A stretch of DNA of 56,165 bases, counting the filler, from Sphacelaria rigidula (lineage: Eukaryota): the NCBI GenBank assembly GCA_964200075.2. It is 6 parts of 6 records of this genome, joined end to end, with 100 filler letters (N's around TTAATTAATTAA, not from the genome) between each part and the next. Parts side by side here need not be neighbours in the genome. Positions count along the whole stretch, not along the records: positions 1 to 9,278 come from CAXNAA020008849.1; positions 9,379 to 18,656 come from CAXNAA020008850.1; 4 more parts are not named here. One strand, given 5' to 3'. The first letter of the stretch is position 1; every line of letters begins with the position of its first letter. The notes under the pieces were generated by a model. It was given only the letters and a program-made list of their open reading frames with translations, searched no databases and was not told the origin of the DNA. Positions 1-10,950 of this stretch are shown here, piece by piece. The position numbers and the translations under genes are program-made.

Positions 1-252
1 AAAGGTAAAACGACAAAACCAACCCACCCCCCCCCCCCCCCCCCCCCTCCCCTCCCCCCCCCATCCGCCGTCATTTCTAGTTGGGAAGAATGTGGGCCAC
101 TCATATCACGTCCTCCTTGGATTCCGTTTGAAGGAAATGCCTAATCCTGAGGACATAATTCCAAAACTACTCCCCCTTCTCCACATGATCAGAGAAGTGA
201 GGTCCAATGAAGAGTGTCTCCTGGTCTCCCCCTTGTCGTCCTTCTCGCGCAG

Positions 253-350
253 CTGACACCTGACAAGCCACAACAATACGGTACTTTGTGGACACGGTCA
301 TCTGTGGGCTCCTCCGACTTCTCCCTAGAGTGGAAGTTTCGCATCAGTGG
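253..350 (+). CDS. L-type lectin exon (LTPDKPQQYGTLWTRSSVGSSDFSLEWKFRISG)
   Basis: cag acceptor at 250-252, GTGAGC donor at 351; resembles the VIP36/ERGIC-53 'RLTP..GAIW..F.I.G' strand. Confidence 0.85.
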
Positions 351-3300
351 GTGAGCCAGCCAAAAGGCATTTGTGTTTTTGCGACAGGCGCCATCGCTCC
401 CGATGGGTACTATGGGGGTGAAGGGGCGTGGCATTAAAAAAAGGGTAGGCATGCTTTTTAGGTTGTGTTTTGTCTTGTTTTGGTTGTAAAGTTGGTATTT
501 CGGGCGCATCTGTTGTAGCGATTCCTCCGAATCCTTCGCTGCAGACGGATTAGCCGTGTCGGGCATGGCCATCTGAGTCAATGGATACTCTGCTTGATGA
601 TTTTACTCGTGTTAGTAGTGTCTTTCCCTGCTTCGTATTTTATTATCTTCTCTCTTCCTTTCTTTCGGTGTACATTTTTGACAGATCTGGCGTTTGCTGT
701 TTGTGCGTTTGTTTGTTTTCCTCTATTTCTTTTCTCTCCCCGTTGAATTTGGGGGAGCTACTTCTCATCGCTTTTCGTGGCGTCTCTCTTTTTATTTTTA
801 TTGTGGTAATGTGTCTGGTAAGGAAAAGCAGGAAACGGTATTGGAAAGGTGAGCCTACGTCTGTAACCACGGGTTCGCGAGATCTGACTCATGTGCGGAA
901 ATAATAATGAAAATAAAAAGTAGGCTTTGCAGCAGTTGAACAAATTGGCCGCGTAGTTTTTGCAGTATTTCCCCGAGAACGAAACCTGACGCTCCGCTTC
1001 TACCGGCCGTTCTCGTGTGGTGGGGTTGTTTGAACAGGTCTGAAAAGGGCTCATACGGAGACACTTTGGCGCTTATTATATCCAACTCCAAACACAAGGC
1101 AAGTCAACTGTTTTTTTCCTTTGATAACTCTTATTTATCTTCCGAGCAAGCAGCACGAGGGTCTATCCCGTAGCAATAGGCAGCCGTTGCCCTTCTGTTA
1201 AGGACGTGTAAACATTCACACCTTGCTTGGCATTATTTGTGTGAGTTTTTTGTTTTGATTGGACGAATCATGGGACACTAGCATAGCATACGTGCCGCCG
1301 CATGAATGCGCTTACGGTCTAACGCGCGACTATTTGAGACGGAAAAAAGTGTCTACGGGGCGAACGCAACAGGCGATTTTCCTGCTGCAGGGTAGCAACC
1401 TGGAGTATGCGGCACTCTCTGATTGCTCAGGCACTTTCATCATTTCATGCCTTCCTGGGATGCTAAGTACGGCCTGATGGCGGCCGTTTGTGGCGGTCTG
1501 ATGCAAAAATCAAGATACCCGAACTCTTTCTCGATGTTTTTCGGTGAAGGTTGTAGGTTTGTACCGTAGGTGACACGGACACCCAAGCAAGAACAAACAC
1601 ATCATCCCTGTTTTGGTGCCGAACTCGATGCCGTTGGACACTTTTGGCCGAAGCGAATATTGGGGAAAATGTGTACGACGACGAACGAGATTTCGACGCC
1701 CTTGGCAATTTACTTGTCTGGGACCACTTCTACGGGGTTCGAGGGTCAGGGTCTGACATTTTGAGGAGAAGTGCGCGTCGACGGTTCGTAGATGATCATT
1801 AGATCGGGTCTGTTCGTTTATTTTATATTCCGTATGTGACGGCGGGCCGATTTGTTTCTTGGAAATGTAGGTAAATTGACCGAACTAAAAGTACATGTCC
1901 TTCAAATTGTCGATGCGCATCTCTGCTCGATGTTCTTAGCCCTCTCATACTTCGCGTGTGGGGAATGGCCGGAGACACTTCTATTTAGCAAGAATTGGAA
2001 CAAGCTGTACCTTCGCACGTAGTCGACGAAGCCACAGCAATTCTGTGTACTAACGGCCGAAGGTCCCAAACAACGTCTTCGGCTCTTCGTAGCTCCTGGT
2101 GTAATGGATCATCACACAACGTCGTCATAGTTCCCCTTCGGACCGGTTCGGTTGTGGTGAGACCGCTTTTCAAAGAGGTGCCGTCCGAACTCACCCCACC
2201 CTCAGCTAACTACACCCAGTCTTGCAGTACTCGGCACTTTACCGACTTGATGTGTTGAGGTCAGTGATGGTCTCCGTTCGGTCCAACACCCGCACCCGTA
2301 AAAGAAGAAAGTAAAACGAACAGAGGTCCCGAACACCCTCTCGCCGCCTCCCGCCCCACGAGCCTAGACTGACGAGAATCCGACGTGCTCCGTCCCGGCT
2401 TTGCAGTAATCCGAGGTCAATGTTCGTATTACTATGGCACGCAAGGCCATCGTGCGGCTTCTCTGCACGTCTCCTCCCCACTTGACACACCCGTGCTCGA
2501 CTAATGCTGTCTTCGTTTTGGTTCGTCCTTCTGCGCCTCTGCGATGCACACGCCCTTCTCCTCTGAGCTAGTAGTACTATCCCGTTCCCGGCCCTCTACT
2601 TTTTGTCCTGTCTTCTCTATTGTGCGTGTGCGTGCTGCCAGGAGGGGCGATTTTTTGGGTTTACGGAAACGTTCGAAGGCATGGCGGTCGTGGTGAATAC
2701 TAACCGTCAACTTCTGTCATACAACAAGCCTGGAGAGCCCACCGGTAGACACCGCGATGTTACGGTCGTCACCAACAACGGGACCCGCAGCTACGACGAT
2801 CTGATCGCGAACATGGAGGGGTGTAACGCCAACGTCCGCTTCGATGAATCTCGGGATGACTTCAACGTCTTGCAGGTAAAGAACATGGGTTGGTTTGTTG
2901 GGTTTCAAGAAAGAAACGGTTATGAAACGGAGTAGGTGTACTTTGGTGTATAGTACAGAGCTTGAAGCTTGGCCTTATAGCCACCGCGCCCCGGTCTTCT
3001 GAATTTAAATGACGAGTGGTTTGTCAGTTGGGGCAAGCGGAGTTGGAATTCCACTAGATGAGGACCTTTAGAGCATCATCTGCTTCCCATACCTGAGAGA
3101 GCGAGAACGTGATCGGCGGATGGGCGAATAAAACTCGACGAGAGTCCACGGGGTGCGAGTGAGTGGGGTGATGAGTCATGACCAAATCCGCGATACAGAA
3201 ATGTCAGGCCGAACGGGGGAGATGCGGCTTGATCGATCCCTCGAGACTACAAATGTTCCAAGACATGCAAAAACACGAGCGTGTGTCGAGTCTGTTTCCT

Positions 3301-6300
3301 GAGTTTACATTCGAAATTCGGTGTCGTTGCTCGTAGCAATGTCATCTGTTGAACCGGACAAAACGACAACTCCAAACATGTGGACCCCCCAATTCGTGAA
3401 ACATTGGAATACTAACAGTCTGCAATGTGTGTTACCACCGTTGAGTTGAATAGTTGCACCTTGCTCTTCTCTGGTTGGTGAAACAGTCCACTCGGATCCG
3501 GCTCAAGGCCTCCGGTAACACGCTGGCGCTCGAAGTGGACGCTCGAAACAGTGGCAGGTGGCGCCGGTGTGCGACAATCGCACACACGGACATGCCGCAA
3601 GACTGGGCGAGCAAGAGCACTGTGGGCATGATAGCGCGAACTGGAGACAAGGTGATTTGATTTCCCTCCACTCGCCGTTATTTCCGTTTCGTTTTGTTTT
3701 TTCGTTCAGTGTTGGACACTCTGGACAGTGTGTGGTCATTCGTCGTAATAGAATAATTGCAGTGCGTAAAGTATGGGCCTATTGCAACTTTTGTCAAGCC
3801 AACGAGCCCGACAATAGTAGCAGGATGGCAGAAAAAATGTAGTGGGTAAAGCAGAGGCCTATTGCAACTATTGCCGGACCGACAGAACGTACCTTCTTTT
3901 TTTTCATCGCAACCATGGGAAACATGCTGCCCAGGGTGTGCAATGTTGTACTCGTAATCACGTACCGCCCCATCCCGATGGTTTGGTGTTGGTTTTCAGT
4001 GGTACAATAGTAACCAATTGGATCGGAATAAGGCAGATTCGATTGGCGACAAATACATGTGGGGTGTTTGATGAAAAGTAGATGAATTTCGTCGTTGAAA
4101 GCTTGAGGGGGTGAGCAGCAAACAAATTCATTTGACCAAGGCCGACGCATTGCAGGAGTGCTGGTACGATTCACAATACCAAAATGCGAGGCGTATGCTA
4201 GTGAGAAGATATGGAATGATGATTGATGATAGATCCTTTGAGTGAGACCAAGAGCTCTTTCCGGGGAAGTGGAGAAGTTCGAAGTGTGACGATTTCAAGA
4301 AGAAAAGGTTTGCACGGCAACGTAGGAGTTGTAGAGGCCACCACCACTCATACCAACCAGACGAACAGGTGGTGCTCCGTGCTTGAGAATGCGCATATTC
4401 GTCAAACGTGACCCCGAGGAAGGGCACGTTTTCGCCCTCCAAGTTAGAACTCCAAGTTGGCAACCCCCCCGATAGACTCGGTACTCGTGCCCGCGCTTCA
4501 CTGCACGTCAACAGCACTCTAGTTCGGTTTGTGGATTTTGCGGTAACGAAACATCCACACAATGGGGGTGGATCTCACCAAATGGCTAAAACGGGTCAGG
4601 AAAAATATCCTGTTCTGTTGGCGGGTCGGCCCCCGACCTCTTGTCCGCTCTGGTCCAGAGTGTTGGACGCTACTTTGACTGGCTTTTCGGGGATATGGAA
4701 TGGTTTTATATCGCATAACGATAAAACCGTAATGAGTAGACACGGTGTGGAGATTGGGCGCGGTAGGACCGTGTCACGCATATGCTGTGTCGTTGTTTAT
4801 CTTGTCGGAGCTTTGACGAGGTACACCGGGGCTTCGCGCAAGAAGACAGACTACCATGTGCGGTAGCGGCGTCAGCAACGGTAAATCTAGTCTTGCAAGT
4901 ATAATAATGTTTCACAAGCCTTCGGCGCAAGTAGGCCATGCGTGTCAAAAAGTGAGAAAATCGCTCGCCTCGTTCAACAAGGGCCGAGGCTGCTTTGCTA
5001 CGCACCTTAGCATGCTGAATTCAAAGCGAGTGTGTTTTTAGTACCATCTTTGCCTAACTGCCCCATACGCACTTTTGGCGTCCATTTGCCCCCACAGAGA
5101 CCAACCCCCAAGAACTTGCGAGGCTGTTGGATAGATGCTGCGTTTTGTTCAAGGCAGCACAGAGCATGATATGGCAGTACGCACACCTCGAAGACAAGAA
5201 CACATGCACAAACGAGAAGTCAATAGACACGCCACGACGCGAGCTAACTGCTGCATGCTTTTGTTTTTCCTTGCTCGCTTGGTGAAGACAAACAATCACG
5301 ACCTGCTGGGATTCCGGCTGTACACGGATCCGCAAGAGGCGTGGGAGGTGGGCACTTACGATGACGAAGGCGAAGACGAGTTGGACGCGCTGGTGCACCA
5401 CATGGAGCACGAGCTATTCAGTGAGTCGTGTTATATTACTTGGAAAATGGTATCCGTCATCCCCCCCACCCCCTTTTTTTCCGAGCCCTGGCGCAACACA
5501 TGAAACACGGGCTACTCTTTAAGGGGTGTTTTATTTCTCGGACTCTCAACCCTTCGTGTATTTTGCGAGCCCTGGCGCACCCCATGGAGCACGGGCTATT
5601 CATATATTTAGTGAGCAGTGTTTGGAACCTGAAAAAAGGTATCCGTCATCCTTCCTTCCGCTCCCCCCTCCGCCCCCTTTTTATTGCAAGCCCCGGTCCA
5701 CCACGTGGAACACGAACTATTCCGTGAGTCGTTTTCGATGTTTGAAAGGTGATACTCGTCAGTCGGCAGTTTTGTTTTGGTTATTTTTCGTCTTGAGAGT
5801 TCTGTTGTTTGACTTGTTTTGGCGTCACAGTTCGAATTTTGTCAATTTCATGTTGTTCGCATATTTACCCGATGTTTCGAAGCACGAAATATTGCAACGC
5901 GTTACGTGCAAAATGTGTGCATGATGTATGAACCTGCTTTTTTTTTCGTGTAGAACCGTCGTCGTAGATTCAGGCCGCATGCAAGCATAATTTGGCGGCG
6001 AGCCATCGATGGGAGGTATCATACTAGCGTTGTATCCATGCCCCACACGCGCTCAAACAGGCGTCAGATTATCTGTTTCCTCCCCCTCGGATTCGGAACC
6101 GCTCGTCAGGAGCCTCATGCTACATAACCTCGAATTGTTATCCATTCCGCCACCGTGCTGTGTTGCCGTACAGTGGGTGGTGGCCCTTTCTCACGCATGA
6201 TAGTATCAAGCCGCACAGCATTCCCCGTATAGGACCACATTCATGAATCGTCTTGACGCTGATCGTCATGGAACCGGTGCACCCGCGAGAGTCATAATCC

Positions 6301-8607
6301 GGATTGGTCGATCATTGTACACAACCATGTCCTGCACTATTTTTTGTTTGCCTCTCAAGAAGCTTGATACCTAGAATCGATCGGAGAGGTGCGGCAGTAT
6401 CACAGGATCACACTGAACCGATCTTCATGGCCCGCGTGACTACTTTCATCCTGACGGTATGGTTGCAATACTAGCCATGAAATATGTTGTGGAAATGTGT
6501 AGCACTGCAGTGGCATGTTTTTGCCGCGGAGGGCCACATGGAGCATGATGCCTCCAGCGCGGCATTTATCCCATAGTGCAATTGTTTCCCCCTCTCATTT
6601 TTGTCCGTGCTGACGGTCATGTCGAGCTCTCGGACGGTGGTGATGTGTCTTCCCGTTCTTCCTTATCTTTGAGTTGAATCATCACGTGCACGAACAGCCC
6701 ATTTTGGCCTGCTCCATCGGGCCGCGAATGCCGGGGTATTTGCGGTACATGCCGAGTACTCGGGGGCATATGGGGTATCGAAGACCACCGATAATGCTGA
6801 GAATTTCCGGGGATGCTGCACCTGGGGCATGCACTTGAGGCAGTTACAAAGTATAAGCGTTCCAGAGTACCCGACAGACTGAACGGTACTCGAATCGTGA
6901 CCTACCGAACCCACCTTGGGCAGATTTTTACTCCGCCCCCCATTCCCCTCCCCCAATGGTCGTAGGACTACCGGATGTAAGATCGTAAGTACCCTCTCCC
7001 CCCAATCCCCTCTCCTCAATGCTTCTCATGGTGTTTGCTTATTCGTCAGATGTACACGACTCCCTGCAAGAGACTATCGAGCAGCTCAGCGACGCCGAGG
7101 AGGAGGCGGAGAAGAGGCTGGCGGAGCTCGAGGTAAACGCAGGGTTGGGCCAGTATGGAAATCATTCATTCTTGACTTTATTCATATAAGGAATTCGGTA
7201 TGCTTCCAACGGCATGCCTTGAAAAAGTAGCAGCTTGTGAGCTAGGTTGCGTGCTAATTGGGAAAGCAGTAGAAGAGTGTGTGTCCTGGTTTGGGTCAAG
7301 GGCGGGCGTTTGGGAGACTCGCTTTTTTTAGATTCATTCTTACATCCGTTAAACGGCCGGGCAGTTTGATCGAGCATGAAGTTGCATGTGGTGATGAGCA
7401 ATAAATACTAGGTGACCATTCCACGCCAATTCACGGACGAGTGTGTACCTCGGTCTTTGACCCATTCGGCAAGCAAGCTATCATAGGACCCCCCGCCAGC
7501 CTCACGCCCCCCACTGCAAGAGAAGGTTCATGTACGAGGGCAGAAACTCTCTAGCGTTGACATGACAGTCTCGTGAGGGAACGAGCTGGTGGAGTGACAG
7601 TACAGTATGGATTGTGCGACAAGCTCGTCGTGCGTAACTGACCTGATGCTGGGTCGAAGTTTGGAACAGATGCTAACCCCCCGTGCTCCGTCTCGAAAGG
7701 GATTCGTGATGAAAGGTAAACCGACTAAGGCAAGCAACTAATCGGCACGCCCCTCCGCTCCCTGGCTTGCGTCCGTTCCTTGCACTTACTCGCGCCCGGC
7801 TGTTGGTCATAGGCAAGCTTGAGCAAGAATGTTATGTCTGCTCTTGAGGAGCGAGTTGCGAGGTTGGAGGTGCAGGTTCAGACTAGCGTGTCGAGGACAC
7901 TCAATAAGCACGTGAACCAGGTATGCTATATGTACAAGCGATCTATCAGAGACACGGAGGGGGTGGAGGTGTGAGTTATTTGGAGGTGGCATGGAAATTA
8001 CGCTGCATGTAAGCTGTAGCACGCCGATGCGAAACATGGAAATCGGATATAGTGTTTGATTCGCATATTTTGGGCGTTTTCTTGATAAGGTCTCGGAAAT
8101 CCGTGATATATGACGCCATTTTCAATCGTTCACATGACGCCCTTTTCTCAGACATGAAGCATATGCGAATACAAAGAGAACTGCGACGCATATATGGTGA
8201 AATTTGTGGTGAAGCATGCCCATTCTTGGTCAGAGCTGCAAGCTTACGATGTGATCGACGACTTCTCAAGGCGGCCCATTGGAATTTTTTGGTCGAAGCT
8301 GCGAAGTCACGGTAGTTCAGGCACTCAGTGCGGGGGAGGGGAGATAATTGCTGGTCTGAACTAGTGTCTGTTTTGAGTTTGTGTCTAGATGTGCATCAAC
8401 TTGCCGTCAACTTGACCGTTGTTTGTCACCGTGCGCGTTACTCGAAATCATATTCGAATGCACGCAACGTTTTTTTCTTTCTTTCCTTGTGAGTGTCTCC
8501 GTCTTGATCCTCGGTCTTTCCTCTCAACTTTTGACTTGGATGTGCAGGTCTATGATCGATTGGAGGAAGGCGTAGGGGACAAGCTGACTGAGAGAGTGGG
8601 GAAAATG
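253..8607 (+). CDS. Partial multi-exon gene: L-type (legume-like) lectin cargo receptor, ERGIC-53/VIP36/Emp47 family, lectin domain plus coiled-coil stalk; 5' and 3' (TM/tail) exons not seen on the contig
   Basis: Exons 253-350, 1038-1098, 2642-2875, 3487-3651, 5288-5420, 7050-7132, 7813-7920 and 8548-8607 splice in phase with no stops. The product LTPDKPQQYGTLWTR..EWKFRISG..YGDTLAL..GRFFGFTETFEGMAVVVNT..NNGTRSYD..GC..WRRC..GMIARTGDKTNNHD matches L-lectin motifs (RLTP, GxxW, GDG, GxxFG, NNG, TGxLxDNHD), followed by a heptad-rich stalk. Confidence 0.88.
1038..1098 (+). CDS. L-type lectin exon (SEKGSYGDTLALIISNSKHK) with GC donor
   Basis: aacag acceptor; 61 nt bridges phase 2 to phase 0; contains the GD(G/T)LAL motif; donor AAG|GCAAGT. 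Confidence 0.78.
2642..2875 (+). CDS. L-type lectin exon (EGRFFGFTETFEG...DDFNVLQ)
   Basis: Polypyrimidine tract plus ccag acceptor, CAG|GTAAA donor, 78 codons, NNG/GC motifs. Confidence 0.88.
3487..3651 (+). CDS. L-type lectin exon (STRIRLK...WRRC...ARTGDK)
   Basis: aacag acceptor, AAG|GTGATT donor, 55 codons, WxxC and TG motifs. Confidence 0.86.
5288..5420 (+). CDS. L-type lectin exon (TNNHDLL...VHHMEHELF)
   Basis: Acceptor after a pyrimidine tract, GTGAGT donor, NHD motif ending the lectin domain. Confidence 0.85.
5388..5763 (+). repeat. Four degenerate tandem copies (~85-120 bp) of the exon-5 3' end and splice donor
   Basis: Recurring gcc/gctggNgcaNcNcatggagcacgNgctatt...gtgag...gtatccgtca at ~5388, 5485, 5567 and 5689. 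Confidence 0.8.
7050..7132 (+). CDS. Lectin stalk exon (NVHDSLQETIEQLSDAEEEAEKRLAELE)
   Basis: tcag acceptor, GAG|GTAAAC donor, phase 1 to 0, coiled-coil composition. Confidence 0.82.
7813..7920 (+). CDS. Lectin stalk exon (ASLSKNVMSALEERVARLE...HVNQ)
   Basis: catag acceptor, CAG|GTATGC donor, 36 codons, heptad pattern. Confidence 0.8.
8548..8607 (+). CDS. Lectin stalk exon (VYDRLEEGVGDKLTERVGKM)
   Basis: tgcag acceptor, ATG|GTGAGG donor, 20 codons in phase. Confidence 0.72.
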
Positions 8608-9278
8608 GTGAGGGAGGCGTAATACGCGTCGAGTTTTTAGGAATTCTCGCTCTTGACTGACGAAATTCCGAAGTGCGGTTTCTGCTCAAGCCTTGGTACA
8701 TCGAAATTAAATCCAACACAACCGGCAGCACTAGCGAACGTCTACTACTCGTAGTCGCTACACCGATCACTATAAGCTGTCTGTCTTAGCGTAGCTGACT
8801 TTGCGATTTTCAGGTGGAGGTGGGGTATCAGTATCGAGGATGTTATGCTACATATACTACATTACGGTAGACAACCTGTGACGTCGAAAGGGATGGAAAA
8901 TGATTACTCGTGGGTGCTGATTCGAGGGGGAAGGCCATCTATAAAACGCACTGGTTTTAGTCATTATACATTATCCGTGTATACAGGCTGAGCCGCTCAT
9001 TACGCGGACAGGACTATTGACACGCGATTATTCTGCGTAATTTTGAGTCGTTTTCAATGAACTCTTGACACGATGCACAGGGCGTATGTGCGAAGACCCC
9101 ATCATCCCTCACAATCTTTTTTCTTGCCTGAGTTATTCACTCTCTAGTTCCAAAAAACTGCTCTGAAATGTTGAGTTGTCAATAAATCACGGGCGGGGGG
9201 GCGTACTCAATTGTTGCTTGCATTAGTCGTGTGACCATTGACTACGCATCCCTTTCGAGACAAAGCACCGTTCCTACT

Positions 9279-9378
9279 NNNNNNNNNNNNNNNNNNNNNN
9301 NNNNNNNNNNNNNNNNNNNNNNTTAATTAATTAANNNNNNNNNNNNNNNNNNNNNNNNNNNNNNNNNNNNNNNNNNNN
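9279..9378. other. Artificial contig spacer N44-TTAATTAATTAA-N44
   Basis: Identical 100-nt spacer at every junction; the core has stops in all six frames. Confidence 0.98.
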
Positions 9379-10950
9379 CGGATGCGCATTTTTTTGCATC
9401 CAACAGTCCCTGTGATGAGCGGGAGCAAGCAAAACAAATTTGGACAATCTTGAGAAACTAAGAAATTACGGTTTCTGCATACTTCTGACGCTAACTACTG
9501 TACGATCTATCAGATCAAGATTTTTATTATACACGACACTTTTTCGATCGAAAACCCATGTTCTGAGACAGGGCCTGATTCTTGTCCACACCAAAAGAAG
9601 AATCAGGAAAAGGAAGAAGCATCCACTAGGAGCATGCTGGCTGATCCCCGGGCGGGTCTGTGGTTGCGGTGACTATTATTAATCAACATGCTGCTTCTGG
9701 ACTCTTGCTTCGGTCTATCATACCCTTCTCTTTTCGTCTCTTTGAAACTGTGCCTCATCGGGACCAAATAAAGAAGCTGCGAAGGGGACAAGCGCCCAAA
9801 AATCAGCGTGTTGAGTAGTCGCAGCAACAATAGACCCGCCCGGCGATCCATCATCGTCCTACCTTCGGACGCTTATCTCGTTTCTCGCTTGTTTTTTCGT
9901 GTCCAAAAGACACGGCATGAACACGAAGAGACGGTCGACGGACAGATTTTGAACCCCAAACAGGCACATACGCACATGACGTGGTACCTTCCCTGAGTGG
10001 AAAATGTCACGTACAGTAAAACCGTCCTTTTCCACTGTTTCTTTCAGGGGTCTACACGTTACACGTTCACGTTCACGTTACGTTCATCACGTTGAAAATA
10101 TCTAATGTTCACGTTACGTTATGTATGTCACGTTATAAAAAATTGAACGTTACGTTAACGTTTCACATGAAATTTTGACGTTACATTCACGTTACGTTCA
10201 TCACGTAAAACAAATTAACGGTACGTTTCGTTACATGAACCGTAATATGAAACGTTTCAATATCGCGTGTAACGTCTCATATAACGTTACGTTGACTCGT
10301 GTAACGTTCGAATGTAACGTTCATTCTGCGCATGTCGCGGCTCATTCACCAGTGTTTGAGGCTTTGTAACGTGTCGTTTAACGCGTGATGTTACCGTGTA
10401 CGTGACGCTGACGGTGACCCGTCGGCTAGTTCTCATCTATAAAAAAGACTATAAAAAATCGCGTTTGAAATCCCGCCGCTCGCCAACACACACTCCAGCC
10501 CACAACAGCAGCCATGGGTGGCTTGGCTGCCATCACCACTGCTGTCGCTGGTGCTCGCGGGTAGTCAGCGTGTTGCTTCATTGTCCTTCGCTCGCCAGTA
10601 TGATGGTAGCTCTTTACCCCATGAGAACAGCACAGGGCAGGGTCGATGACGAGTACTGTACAAACACTCTGTGTGTAGTTTGCGCAGACAGTATTGTAGC
10701 TCGCATTTCAGGTCTGTGCATGCAGCGTGAGGCGAACAGCACTCGCGATGCAGTACAGATTGCCTACGCACCCAAGTCTTGTAGAGATATGACCGCACTG
10801 ACCGTACACACAAGGCCACAGTATAAGCAGTAGTGCTTCTGCTGTAGTATCTACAGGGCTTGGGTGCTTGGGCAGTCTGTACTGTATTCGAGTGCTCTTC
10901 GCAACACGCTGCATGCACAAACCTGAACTGAGCTACATTGCTGTGCAACC

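Noticed and set aside
519..576. Alternative lectin exon 2 ('DSSESFAADGLAV')
   Set aside because: In-frame TGA at 574-576 with no convincing phase-0 donor; exon 1038-1098 fits phase and motif better.
9323..9334. TTAATTAATTAA as a regulatory or PacI-like repeated site
   Set aside because: Synthetic linker in the middle of N-runs, identical at all five junctions.
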